This document shows, one piece after another, positions 1 to 9,638 of a stretch of DNA of 32,000 nt. The stretch is from Nitrospinaceae bacterium (GTDB lineage: Bacteria; Nitrospinota; Nitrospinia; Nitrospinales; Nitrospinaceae): assembly GCA_965237905.1 (NCBI GenBank), contig OZ250172.1, forward strand, positions 430,627-462,626, given 5' to 3'. A model generated the notes under the pieces. The model was not told the DNA's origin, did not search any database, and worked only from the letters and a program-made list of their open reading frames with translations. Position numbers and translations under genes: made by a program. The number at the start of each line of letters is the position of its first letter. The first letter of the stretch is position 1.

Positions 1-1
1 C

Positions 2-712
2 CTGCGCGAGTACGAGCGCGGCGTCATTTTTCTTTTGGGAAAATATTATAGAGTTAAAGGACCGGGCCTCATCATCGTCATCCCCGGCGTCCAGAAAATG
101 GTTAAAGTCAGCCTGCGCACCGTGGTAATGGACGTCCCCCCTCAGGATATTATCACCAAGGACAACGTCACCGTCAAAGTCAACGCAGTGGTCTATTTCC
201 GGGTGCTCGACCCCCAAAAAGCCATCATTGAAGTGGAAGATTTCCTGTACGCCACCTCCCAAATCTGCCAGACCACCTTGCGCAGTATTCTGGGCCAAAG
301 CCAACTCGACGACTTATTATCGAACCGCGAAGAAATCAACAACCACCTGCAGAAAGTGATCGACGACCAGACGGAACCCTGGGGCATCAAGGTCGCCAAC
401 GTGGAAGTCAAAAACGTCGACCTGCCGCAGGAAATGCAGAGAGCGCTGGCCAAGCAGGCGGAGGCGGAACGCGAACGGCGTGCCAAGGTCATTCATTCCC
501 TCGGCGAATTCGAAGCGGCGGCAAAAATCGGCGAAGCGGCGGACATCATCAACATGCATCCGCCGGCCCTGCAGTTGAGGTTTCTCCAGACCATGCTGGA
601 CATTTCGACAGATAAAGCCACCACAACCTTTTTCCCGCTTCCCATTGAACTTTTTGGGCCTTTTTTGAAAGGAAACGATTCTAAAGGCAACAACAATCCC
701 GGTACGGCTTGA
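2..712 (+). CDS. Slipin/stomatin-like SPFH (band 7) domain protein, 5' truncated by window edge
   Basis: Frame is open to the window start: [30 protein letters not shown]...[30 protein letters not shown]; slipin-type C-terminus with [14 protein letters not shown]...FPLPIEL. The track's start at 35 is an internal TTG, probably not the true start. Confidence 0.9.
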   Translation: MREYERGVIFLLGKYYRVKGPGLIIVIPGVQKMVKVSLRTVVMDVPPQDIITKDNVTVKVNAVVYFRVLDPQKAIIEVEDFLYATSQICQTTLRSILGQSQLDDLLSNREEINNHLQKVIDDQTEPWGIKVANVEVKNVDLPQEMQRALAKQAEAERERRAKVIHSLGEFEAAAKIGEAADIINMHPPALQLRFLQTMLDISTDKATTTFFPLPIELFGPFLKGNDSKGNNNPGTA

Positions 713-890
713 GGGCCACTACCGGTCGCGCCACCCCTAAAACCTTGAATACAGGCTCTTAAAGTTTCCCCGATCTTTCGTCCGGTCAAAAGTTTCCACT
801 CCCGCCCCTGCGTTTTATCCTCCCTTTTATGGGGAAAAGCATCTTGGGATGTAATAAAATATCCTTAAGTAACCCAAGAGTTTCGGGCCT

Positions 891-3800
891 ATGGATTCTT
901 CAACGACAATCAAAAACTTTCTGGACCGCGTCCACAGAAAACGGAAGGGCATCCGCCTGGTTCAGGGGGTATTGCAGTTTCTCACGCTGGCACTCACCGG
1001 CGCGCTGATCGGCAACCTGATCGCCTATTTCTCCGACAACCCCCGCCTTCTTCTGGTTCCCTTCCTTATAGTATGGGTCACCCTTCTGGGGATCGGGCTG
1101 GCCCTTCTGCTGATCAGAGGACTCTTCTTTAAAACTCCCCTCCATCAAACCGCCCTATGGGTTGAGAACAAAGTTGAGGGTCTCAACAACTCCCTGGTCA
1201 GTTCGGTGCAGTTGGAACCTCATCTGAGCGAGTCGTCCCCAGCCAAAACCGGCCTGTCGCAGGACATGATCCGGGAGTTGATCCAAAGAACCAGCCAGCG
1301 CATCCAAACTCTCAAGATCAACGAGATTGTCTCCCGGACCCCACTGTTCCAAAGCGGACGATGGGCCGCAGGTATTTTTCTGATCGCATTAACGGTGGCC
1401 CTGCTCCTGCCGGATTTTATGACGCGGGGTTATGACCATTGGGTTCACCCACCGGCGCTGGCCAATGCGGTGCAAAATTCCGATGCATCGGATCAGACAT
1501 CGGCCACTCCGGGAAACGAAATTCAATATTCCATCGACCAACTGAATCTGACGTTTAATTACCCGGCTTATACCCGAAAGGAACCCGCTACCTATGATCC
1601 GTCGGATGGCGCAATCGAGGTGCTTCCCGGGACCGAAGTTCTCCTGAAGGGAAACGTGAGCGTTCCCGTCGAAAGCGCCTCGCTGGTACTCAACGGCAAG
1701 GACAATCTTTCCATGACCGTTCAAAATAAAACCGCCCTGGAGGGGCGATTCATCGTTAAAGAGTCGGGCTTTTATCAGTTTCGCCTCAAATCTCCGCATG
1801 GAGAGAAAACTCTGCTCGCTGAGAAATACCCGATAACACTTACGAAGGATAAATCTCCGAGAATTATTATTAAACTGCACAAGCCCAAACCCGTCTACTA
1901 CCTGGCCAACAAGATCCAGTTGTTCTACGAAGGAGAAGATGATTTTGGCATCCATAAAATCGACCTGGTTATTGATGTCGAAGGCCGTATTCAACGGAGA
2001 ACCGTCAAAAAAATCAAGGGAACCCAAAAAAATGTGAAAGACGGGTATACATGGGAACTCAGCACGATAGATTTCAAGCCCGGTGACCGCGTGCATTACT
2101 ATCTCGAAATCGAGGATAACGACAATGTCTTCGGTCCCAACACCGGCCAATCCGAGGTGTTCTCGTTTGATATATTCGACGAGCAAAAACAGCGGCAGGA
2201 CCTTTTGGCATTGCAGGAACAGTTGATCGAGAAAATGGTCGCCCTGCTGGCGGTAAGCCTGGTGACTGATATCACCGACCTGAAAAATTCGCGGAAAGGC
2301 ATGGCAAAACTCAAACAGGTTCTGGCTTCCAGCTCCAATCAGTTGATCGATATTATCGGTCTCGCCCAATCCATCGAAAGCCAGGCTAAGGATATCGAAT
2401 CGTTTCCTCAGCCTTATTTGATCCTGTTGGACAATATCATTTCCGGATTCAACGAAATCCGCCAGGACCAGATTGAAGCCATGAACCGTCTCACTAATGC
2501 CATGATCAAGGCAACTCCCATCGGCCTCAACTTTCCGCCGCTGGAATCCATCCATGAGCGCCTCATCACCCACTTGGAGCGGGACATACTTTTCCTCATC
2601 AAAATCCTCAACCGGGAGCGGATGGAACAGGCGTTGGATCTCAATCAAACTCTGACCGAGCTGACGGAATCCTTGAGGGAGGAGTTCCAAAAAGCCAAGG
2701 ACAAAAAAGGTAAAGCCAGCACTCCCCAGTTCAAGAAAGCCCTGGCGAAAATCAAGGAAACACTTCAGCAAATCATGGAGCAACTGGCGCGACAGAATCA
2801 GGGCTTGTCCGATGAGTTTCTCAATCCCAACTCTTTTGAAAACCTCAATATGGATTCCTTCTCCGCCTCGCTGGAAAAATTGATGGATCTGGTCAACCAG
2901 GGAAAGATTGACGAAGCCATGGAGGAACTTGAAAAATTATCGGACGACCTCCGGGCGTTTTCCGAGCAATTGGATGATATGAATACCAGCCAGGAAGACC
3001 TGGTGGATATGCAAATCATGAAAAAACTGGACGGGGCACTGGAAAAAATCAGCAAGCTGGAAGAGGACCAGCAGAACCTTCTCGGCCAAACCTCGCAATT
3101 GAACAAAACTCTGCGCTCCAAACAATCGGAAAAGTTTGAAAAGCGGCTGGAGAAATTCTTCGCGGACCTGCGCAAGGACGTGCAAACTATTCTCACCATT
3201 CTGCATAAAGACGAACGTATTCTGGACAACCACCCGGACATGAAAAAGCTCATCGAACTGATGGACCGGCAGGCAAAAATCAGCGAGCGAATCCAAAACC
3301 TGAATCAGAACGCTATCGACTCAGTCGGTAAATCAAAACTCCGGAGCAACTTCACGAAGCTCAACAAGGCCCGCAAACAATTGTCCGCCAATATGGAACA
3401 ACAACAGGCACTTCAGATGAAACTGTTTCACGTCTACAAAAATTATCTGCCGGAACTTTTGGAAAAATACAACAAACTGGAAGAATTCACCGAACTGATG
3501 GACCTGTTCGAATTCAGCGCACTGTTCAAGAACACCTACCCTGAAATCACCCGGTGGCAAAATCATTTCCGTACTTCTCGAAAACTGAATCCTGAGCTCC
3601 TGGATCAAATGAAGGTCGACCTGTTCACCATCGATCAAATCAACAGCGAAATTTCCAAGAAACTGGGAACCATGATGCGCGACATCAAACAGGATTACCA
3701 AAATCTTATCTCCGAGAAAAACAAGCAAGACATGCAGGCAATGTCCGGGGATCAAAAAAGCTTGCGGAAACAATCGGAAGAACTATCCCAGATGTTCCGC

Positions 3801-4232
3801 GAGATGAATCAGGACAACCCCATGATCAGCCCCATGCTGTCGCATAAAATGAATTCGAGCGGGCGGCATATGAAAGCGGCTGAAAACGGACTGCAAAAGA
3901 GCCAGATCCCGGAAAGTATCGAATCGGAAAACAAGGCTCTGCGTCAGCTTTCGGAAACCCGGGAAATGCTGGACCAGTTGAAAGAAGCCAGCCAGCGGCC
4001 CAGCCGGTCGCGGAGCCAACGGATGTTGCGTCTCGGCCAGGGGCAAGCCCCGGACGGCAAGCGCGGCGGCCGGTCCACGCGCATGCAACAGGAGAAAGTC
4101 AATCTGCCCACGGAAGATCAATACAAAGTGCCCGGTCAGTTTCGGGAGGATATTTTAGAGGCTATGAAAAATCAATATCCCAAACAATACGAACGCCTGG
4201 TGGGCGAATATTACAAGGAGCTGGTGAAATGA
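891..4232 (+). CDS. DUF4175-like large membrane-anchored coiled-coil protein (1113 aa)
   Basis: Three N-terminal hydrophobic segments (FLTLALTGALIGNLIAYF; LLLVPFLIVWVTLLGIGLALLLI; GIFLIALTVALLLPDF), then an extracytoplasmic-type region and long Lys/Glu/Gln-rich coiled coils. Starts ATG at 891. Confidence 0.75.
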   Translation: MDSSTTIKNFLDRVHRKRKGIRLVQGVLQFLTLALTGALIGNLIAYFSDNPRLLLVPFLIVWVTLLGIGLALLLIRGLFFKTPLHQTALWVENKVEGLNNSLVSSVQLEPHLSESSPAKTGLSQDMIRELIQRTSQRIQTLKINEIVSRTPLFQSGRWAAGIFLIALTVALLLPDFMTRGYDHWVHPPALANAVQNSDASDQTSATPGNEIQYSIDQLNLTFNYPAYTRKEPATYDPSDGAIEVLPGTEVLLKGNVSVPVESASLVLNGKDNLSMTVQNKTALEGRFIVKESGFYQFRLKSPHGEKTLLAEKYPITLTKDKSPRIIIKLHKPKPVYYLANKIQLFYEGEDDFGIHKIDLVIDVEGRIQRRTVKKIKGTQKNVKDGYTWELSTIDFKPGDRVHYYLEIEDNDNVFGPNTGQSEVFSFDIFDEQKQRQDLLALQEQLIEKMVALLAVSLVTDITDLKNSRKGMAKLKQVLASSSNQLIDIIGLAQSIESQAKDIESFPQPYLILLDNIISGFNEIRQDQIEAMNRLTNAMIKATPIGLNFPPLESIHERLITHLERDILFLIKILNRERMEQALDLNQTLTELTESLREEFQKAKDKKGKASTPQFKKALAKIKETLQQIMEQLARQNQGLSDEFLNPNSFENLNMDSFSASLEKLMDLVNQGKIDEAMEELEKLSDDLRAFSEQLDDMNTSQEDLVDMQIMKKLDGALEKISKLEEDQQNLLGQTSQLNKTLRSKQSEKFEKRLEKFFADLRKDVQTILTILHKDERILDNHPDMKKLIELMDRQAKISERIQNLNQNAIDSVGKSKLRSNFTKLNKARKQLSANMEQQQALQMKLFHVYKNYLPELLEKYNKLEEFTELMDLFEFSALFKNTYPEITRWQNHFRTSRKLNPELLDQMKVDLFTIDQINSEISKKLGTMMRDIKQDYQNLISEKNKQDMQAMSGDQKSLRKQSEELSQMFREMNQDNPMISPMLSHKMNSSGRHMKAAENGLQKSQIPESIESENKALRQLSETREMLDQLKEASQRPSRSRSQRMLRLGQGQAPDGKRGGRSTRMQQEKVNLPTEDQYKVPGQFREDILEAMKNQYPKQYERLVGEYYKELVK

Positions 4233-5806
4233 ACCGCTTGTTGAAACAGATGACACTGATTTGCGGAACCCTGGCCTTGCTGTCCGCTTTCCACGGTTTT
4301 GCCCGGGCCGATCTCCAAGCCGAAGTCACCGAAGGTTATCTGCTGATCGATCAATGGCGGTTCGAGGAGGCCGAAGCGCAAACGCAGAAACTGCTTCAAC
4401 AATATCCAAACTCGGGGGACGTCCACTTTCTCAACGCCCGGGTCGAGTTCTACAAAGGGAATTACGAAAAAGCGTGGAAGATTCTGGAAACCGTCGACGA
4501 CCAATACCACACCGTCAAGGAATTCAAAACTCTGGTCAGCAACACTCGCGAAGCCACCTCCGTATTCGTCACGCAGGAATCGGAACATTTCATTTTCCGC
4601 TATGTCGACGGACCCGACCAGGTGCTCATTCCCTACGCGATAGAAGTGCTGGGAAAATCCTATCAGGTACTGGGCAAGGTTCTGGGATACTTCCCGAAGC
4701 AAAAGGTGCAAGTCGAAATTTATCCCGACCGCATCCCCTTTTCCCGCATCTCACCGCTCACACTGAAAGATATCATGACCTCCGGGACGGTGGCCCTCTG
4801 CAAGTACAACCGCATCATGATGATCTCCCCCGGCTCTCTGGTGCGCGGTTACAGCTGGATGGATACACTGAGCCATGAGTACACTCATTACCTGCTCAGC
4901 AGTAAAAGTTATAACAATGCACCGCTGTGGCTTCACGAAGGCATTGCCAAATATCTGGAAACCCGCTGGCGTAAAGATCCCGATTACATGACTCCCATCA
5001 TGGAAACCATTCTGGCCGACGGACTGGCCAACGATTACATGGTCGCACTGGAAGACATGATGCCGTCTCTCGCCAAACTCAAGAATGCGGAGGACGTCCA
5101 ACTGGCTTATGCCGAAGTCGCCACCATGGTCGGCTACATGGTGCAGCAAAACGGCGAAACCGTTCTGGCTCAACTGGCGGCCAGCCTGGCGGAAGGCATG
5201 CCGTTTGAACTGGCTTTGGAAACCACCATCGGCAAAAGCCTGAACGAATTCCAGATCGATTGGAAAAAGCACATGGATGGCCGTCAATTGAAAACCATTC
5301 CCGGCTTGACCGTGCTGAAATTTCGTTTCAAAAACAACCGTTCGCCAAATGAAAACGACTCGGCCAAAGAAACGGCCTTGCAGGAAGCGGGTAACCAACG
5401 GGCGCATGATCTCACCCAGCTCGGCGACATCCTGAAATCCCGTCAGTATATCCAGGCCGCCATCGTCGAATACCGGAAAGCCATCGACGCATCGAAAATG
5501 CTATCCCCGATTCTGAACAACAAACTGGCCGGCACCTATCTCCTGCAAAAAGACTACGACAAGTCGGAAGCCCTGCTTCGGGAAAGTTTGAATTACTATC
5601 CACAGTTCGCCACCACCCTGACCCACCTCGGGGAATTGTTTTATATGAAAAAAGATTACGCCGCCGCCGAGGAATTTTTTCAGAAAGCGGTGCGCATCAA
5701 CCCGTTCAATCCTCTGGTGCATTCCCGCCTCATCAATATCTACGCGGCACAGGGACAAACCAAAAAGAAGGAACAGCAGGGATTATTGTATAGCTACATC
5801 AAATAG
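4229..5806 (+). CDS. Secreted peptidase MA-like (gluzincin) protein with TPR repeats
   Basis: Signal peptide-like N-terminus; SHEYTHYLLSSKSYNNAPLWLHEGIAKYLE (HExxH...E); C-terminal TPR-like repeats (AALTHLGELFYMKKDYAAAEEFFQKAVRINP type). ATGA overlap with the upstream gene. Confidence 0.85.
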   Translation: MNRLLKQMTLICGTLALLSAFHGFARADLQAEVTEGYLLIDQWRFEEAEAQTQKLLQQYPNSGDVHFLNARVEFYKGNYEKAWKILETVDDQYHTVKEFKTLVSNTREATSVFVTQESEHFIFRYVDGPDQVLIPYAIEVLGKSYQVLGKVLGYFPKQKVQVEIYPDRIPFSRISPLTLKDIMTSGTVALCKYNRIMMISPGSLVRGYSWMDTLSHEYTHYLLSSKSYNNAPLWLHEGIAKYLETRWRKDPDYMTPIMETILADGLANDYMVALEDMMPSLAKLKNAEDVQLAYAEVATMVGYMVQQNGETVLAQLAASLAEGMPFELALETTIGKSLNEFQIDWKKHMDGRQLKTIPGLTVLKFRFKNNRSPNENDSAKETALQEAGNQRAHDLTQLGDILKSRQYIQAAIVEYRKAIDASKMLSPILNNKLAGTYLLQKDYDKSEALLRESLNYYPQFATTLTHLGELFYMKKDYAAAEEFFQKAVRINPFNPLVHSRLINIYAAQGQTKKKEQQGLLYSYIK

Positions 5807-5867
5807 ATTAAACTGGACCAATACAGCCTACGACTGACTTAAAACATAAAGAATGACTGCCTGAATA

Positions 5868-6293
5868 ATGAAAATCCCTAAAATTAAAGACGTTAAAACA
5901 TTCGTGCCCTGCAGTCGCAATGGCCAGGAAGAATCAATATCCTTTTACAAAGATATTGGCTTTACGTTGCTGTGGGGTGGCAACGAAAACGCCGTGTGCG
6001 AATTCGATACAGGGTTTGGTCACAGATTTTTGCTTTTGGAAAAATACAATAAAGATTTGGCAGAAAACCTGATGATTCAGATATGGGTAGAAAGCGTTGA
6101 TGACTGGGAAGTTCACCTCAAAAATATTGACCTGGAGAAGAAATACCCGACCGCAAAAGTAGCAGAGCCTTCGGTGCAACCCTGGGGTTGGCGAATCCTG
6201 TATATTTGGGATCCCGCAGGAGTGTTACTGCATATAGCCGAACCGCATTCCGAGGAAAATAAAGAGTACTTCAATAATGTAAATTGGTTGTAG
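5868..6293 (+). CDS. VOC/glyoxalase-bleomycin resistance superfamily protein
   Basis: MKIPKIKDVKTFVPCSRNGQEESISFYKDIGFTLLW...FLLLE...WGWRILYIWDPAGVLLHIAEP, typical VOC fold pattern. Confidence 0.8.
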   Translation: MKIPKIKDVKTFVPCSRNGQEESISFYKDIGFTLLWGGNENAVCEFDTGFGHRFLLLEKYNKDLAENLMIQIWVESVDDWEVHLKNIDLEKKYPTAKVAEPSVQPWGWRILYIWDPAGVLLHIAEPHSEENKEYFNNVNWL

Positions 6294-6374
6294 AATACAG
6301 GGACGCATAACAAGTCATTACAGATGACCGCTACCCGTTGGTGTTTTTAGAAATCGAATATAAAAGGATTTTTT

Positions 6375-7379
6375 ATGCCGACAGAAACAACCGCACAGGA
6401 CCTGGAACTGGCAAAGGAACTGCTGGAAGCCAGGGAGAAAGTCACCCGCGAAATCCACAAGGTGATCATCGGGCAGGATGCAGTGATCGAGGATTTACTG
6501 GTCGCTCTGTTCTCGCGCGGGCACTGCCTGTTCGTCGGCGTTCCCGGTCTTGCGAAAACATTACTGGTCAGCTCCCTCGCGAAAATCCTCAACCTCAAGT
6601 TCAGCCGGATTCAATTCACACCCGACCTGATGCCGTCGGACATCACCGGCACGGAAATTCTCTACGAAGACCAGGCGACCAAGCACCGCGAGTTCCGGTT
6701 TATCAAGGGCCCGATTTTTTCGAACATCATCCTGGCGGACGAAATCAACCGCACCCCGCCCAAGACGCAGGCGGCCCTGCTCCAGGCTATGCAGGAGTTG
6801 CAGGTCACCGCCGGTCCCGAAACCTACACGCTGGACCAGCCGTTTCTCGTATTCGCCACGCAGAACCCGATTGAACACGAGGGCACCTACCCGCTTCCCG
6901 AAGCGCAGTTGGACCGGTTCATGTTCATCGTCAATGTGGATTACCCAACCAAGGAACAGGAAGTGGAGATCGCCTTGTCCACCACCTCCGGCCACAAGCC
7001 GAAACTGGAAGTGGTGATCAATGCCGACCGTATTCTGGAACTGCAGAACCTGGTGCCGCGCGTGCCCGTGTCCGAACACGTCGCGCATTACGCCGTCGAC
7101 CTGGTGCAGAGCAGTCGTCCCGGCAACGGCGCCACGCCCAACTTCGTCAACGAATGGGTGAACTGGGGCGCAGGTCCCAGAGCCTCACAGTATCTGGTGC
7201 TGGCCGCCAAGGCGCGGGCGCTGATGGACAACCGCGTCACCGCCACCGTCGAAGACATCCGCAGCGTCGCCCGGCAGGTGCTGGAACACCGCATCCTCCT
7301 CAACTTCAAAGCCGAAGCCGAAAACATCAAACCCACCGACATCATCGACAAATTACTTGCGTCTGTGAAAGCTGGGTAA
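6375..7379 (+). CDS. MoxR family AAA+ ATPase
   Basis: Walker A GVPGLAKTLL; Walker B/MoxR signature ILADEINRTPPKTQAALLQAMQE; FATQNPIEHEGTYPLPEAQLDRF. Confidence 0.95.
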   Translation: MPTETTAQDLELAKELLEAREKVTREIHKVIIGQDAVIEDLLVALFSRGHCLFVGVPGLAKTLLVSSLAKILNLKFSRIQFTPDLMPSDITGTEILYEDQATKHREFRFIKGPIFSNIILADEINRTPPKTQAALLQAMQELQVTAGPETYTLDQPFLVFATQNPIEHEGTYPLPEAQLDRFMFIVNVDYPTKEQEVEIALSTTSGHKPKLEVVINADRILELQNLVPRVPVSEHVAHYAVDLVQSSRPGNGATPNFVNEWVNWGAGPRASQYLVLAAKARALMDNRVTATVEDIRSVARQVLEHRILLNFKAEAENIKPTDIIDKLLASVKAG

Positions 7380-7415
7380 AGCCGTTATTCCTCATTACCG
7401 GGAGGAGGCAAAACC

Positions 7416-8054
7416 ATTAAGCCCTCAACCAAACTACGACTCATCTATCTTGCGGCCGGGTTCGCTGTGGCGGGTATTTGCTTTTTGGCAAATATCAATT
7501 CATCGGAAATTCTCGGATGGCTAAAGGGTGAGCGCGTCACATATCCGAAGAACCCTCTATTATCCTCAATTTATGTACGGACCTTCGCCTGGGCGCCTTG
7601 GGTGATTTTATTTGTTGTGCTGATAGCACGAATTAAAAAAGGTTCTCAAGTCAAAGTTGGTTTTTATTTTTTAGGTACGGTGTTACCCAACTTTTTATTG
7701 GTTGGATTCATTTTGTTGGGCTCTCCAATTGAAAATTACATGAACCAGGAAAAATTTGATGAAAACCTTTGGCGAATGAGTGAAAAGGATTTCAAAGATT
7801 TCATGTGGCCCCCTAAACTCAAAATGGTTGACAGTTTGATTGAAAGCAAAATATTGGAGGGTTTAAGCAGGGAGGAAGTGATTCAACTGCTTGGACCGCC
7901 GATGAGTGATCAGCACCCTAGAAATAGCGACCAAAACGAAATCTATTATTACCTCGGTCCGGAACGCGGTTTTATCAGAATCGACAGCGAATGGCTTTCC
8001 ATATCCTTTGACGAAAAGGGAAAGGTAAAAAAATACTGGCTATGGAGAGATTGA
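7416..8054 (+). CDS. Hypothetical membrane protein with C-terminal BamE/SmpA-like domain; probable ATT start (track calls GTG at 7467)
   Basis: Frame-consistent N-terminal hydrophobic segment (KLRLIYLAAGFAVAGICFLA) begins upstream of the called start; AGGAGG at 7403-7408 is 7 nt before ATT 7416. C-terminus ILEGLSREEVIQLLGPP...YYYLGPERGF...EWLSISFDEKGKVKKY. Confidence 0.65.
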   Translation: MKPSTKLRLIYLAAGFAVAGICFLANINSSEILGWLKGERVTYPKNPLLSSIYVRTFAWAPWVILFVVLIARIKKGSQVKVGFYFLGTVLPNFLLVGFILLGSPIENYMNQEKFDENLWRMSEKDFKDFMWPPKLKMVDSLIESKILEGLSREEVIQLLGPPMSDQHPRNSDQNEIYYYLGPERGFIRIDSEWLSISFDEKGKVKKYWLWRD

Positions 8055-8093
8055 TTCCAACCTTCCAAATGGAACAATAGATATATCTTCTAT

Positions 8094-8375
8094 ATGACCA
8101 AGCTGACGATATCTATCAAGTGTTTCATCGCGGGCATTATCCCGTATATTCTTTTTTCAATCCTCGGATTCTTCGAACTGTTCAACCTTCACGGCGGTCG
8201 GGGCACGTATTTTTTATTACTCCTCGCCATTATTATTCCGCCATTCTGCTTCTTAGGAGGGCTCATTTCAGCACTCCAGCTAACAGGCAAACACAGGAGC
8301 GCAGGCCTCGCGCTTAATGGCTTGGGTTTGGGCTTTTTACTGTCGTTGTTGGTTAACGGCTGGCTGACAAATTAG
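8094..8375 (+). CDS. Small multi-pass membrane protein, hypothetical
   Basis: Complete 93-aa ORF with three hydrophobic segments. Confidence 0.55.
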   Translation: MTKLTISIKCFIAGIIPYILFSILGFFELFNLHGGRGTYFLLLLAIIIPPFCFLGGLISALQLTGKHRSAGLALNGLGLGFLLSLLVNGWLTN

Positions 8376-8396
8376 CGCCACATGCCGCTAAGAAAA

Positions 8397-8732
8397 CTAA
8401 GACACAAACCGGATACTTTGGTCGACCAGTTTTTTAAAGCGGGCGGGGTCTTCGAGGATTCGCTTGGGGATGACGGCATATTCTTTTTTGACATGGCCGT
8501 TGGGAAAATATTTTAACTTTTTAACACCCTTCTCTTGAAACAACTCCGACAGAGTTTTCTCCGGCAGACGCAGGGCCAGACCAAACCTGCCGCAGGAACA
8601 AAAAATCCTGCCCTCGACATATCCCGCGACCGCGCCGAAACAGTTTTTGAATTCCAAATGATGTGTGCTCGCCAAGCGCGGCCGTACTTGTTTTAAAGCT
8701 CTCTCAAGTTTACTTCGATAATCGTTTGCCAT
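8397..8732 (-). CDS. TfoX N-terminal-domain family protein
   Basis: KNCFGAVAGYVEGRIFCSCGRFGLALRLPE...FPNGHVKKEYAVIP resembles TfoX_N. Confidence 0.7.
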   Translation of the reverse strand: MANDYRSKLERALKQVRPRLASTHHLEFKNCFGAVAGYVEGRIFCSCGRFGLALRLPEKTLSELFQEKGVKKLKYFPNGHVKKEYAVIPKRILEDPARFKKLVDQSIRFVS

Positions 8733-8780
8733 TATTTCTTCTTACAGGGGATGCGGACTTTTACCTCTGGCAACCTGATT

Positions 8781-9449
8781 TCATGAAGGGCTTTTTATGA
8801 GGCGGTCGGGGTTCCAATCCACATTGAGGCGGTTGCGGCCGGTTTTACTGCGGTTGCTGTATTCGACATAACCGTTGTCGGCGCCGAACAAAAATAAGTC
8901 TCGGGTGATCTTCACGTCCATTTTGCAGTACTCGATGATTTTGTCGAGCTTCGCCTTGTCCCCCGCCAGAAATTCCTTGTACCACTTGAGCGATTCCAGC
9001 CCGTCGGCGGTTTTCTTTGCGCCGAGCGAACATTCGGCGAGGTTGTTGAGGCTGAGCCGGTGGTTCAGTTTCTTGTGCACGTCGCTCAGCATGTCGAAGG
9101 TCGGGATTTCCAGCAGGTCGATGTGTTTCTCGTTGGCGTAGGGTTGCAAAACGGTGTAGTCGAATCCGATGACGTTGAAACCCACCACCAGATCAGCGGT
9201 TTTCAGTTTGTCGACCAGCTTCAGCGCGTCGGCCTCCAGGTAGCTGAAGTAGTCCTCGTCCACGCTGTCCCACACCACCCCGACGGCGAGCCCCATCTTG
9301 TGGATATTGCCCCAGCCGCCGACGTCATCGGCGCTTTTCTGGGTTTCCAGATCAAAATACTGGATTCGGGGACCCGATGTCTCCGGTTGGGGTGGCTCGG
9401 AAGCCACTTCCGGAGGGGGATCTGCGAATAAATCGAACTGTTCGGCCAT
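8781..9449 (-). CDS. Predicted DEDD-type 3'-5' exonuclease/RNase H-like protein
   Basis: YFDLETQ (Exo I), LVVGFNVIGFDY (Exo II), IIEYCKMDVKITRDLF (Exo III). Confidence 0.7.
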   Translation of the reverse strand: MAEQFDLFADPPPEVASEPPQPETSGPRIQYFDLETQKSADDVGGWGNIHKMGLAVGVVWDSVDEDYFSYLEADALKLVDKLKTADLVVGFNVIGFDYTVLQPYANEKHIDLLEIPTFDMLSDVHKKLNHRLSLNNLAECSLGAKKTADGLESLKWYKEFLAGDKAKLDKIIEYCKMDVKITRDLFLFGADNGYVEYSNRSKTGRNRLNVDWNPDRLIKSPS

Positions 9450-9638
9450 GACGGTTTATATCATTTTAGAGGCTCAAAATTCAAGCAATTAGGCCCGAAT
9501 CCGGCCAGATTTACCGCCTCCAAACAGCAGGTAAATCCTTTATTTCTCTAAAGTTCAGTGAATCCGGGGCCGTTAAATACCTTAGACTGAATAAAGGTGA
9601 GCCTATCACCGATTTTAGAATTTGAAAAGGATTTTACC

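Noticed and set aside
1389-2783. 464-aa minus-strand ORF antisense to the DUF4175-like gene
   Set aside because: Shadow ORF of a well-supported plus-strand gene; no recognisable domain and an RBS/start not convincing.
4261-4878. Plus-strand 205-aa ORF overlapping the peptidase-MA gene
   Set aside because: Out-of-frame, Arg/Ser-rich low-complexity product; the true gene in the other frame carries HExxH and TPRs.
6338-6874. Plus-strand 178-aa ORF overlapping moxR
   Set aside because: Alternative frame of the MoxR gene, Arg/Pro/Gly-rich translation, no domain.
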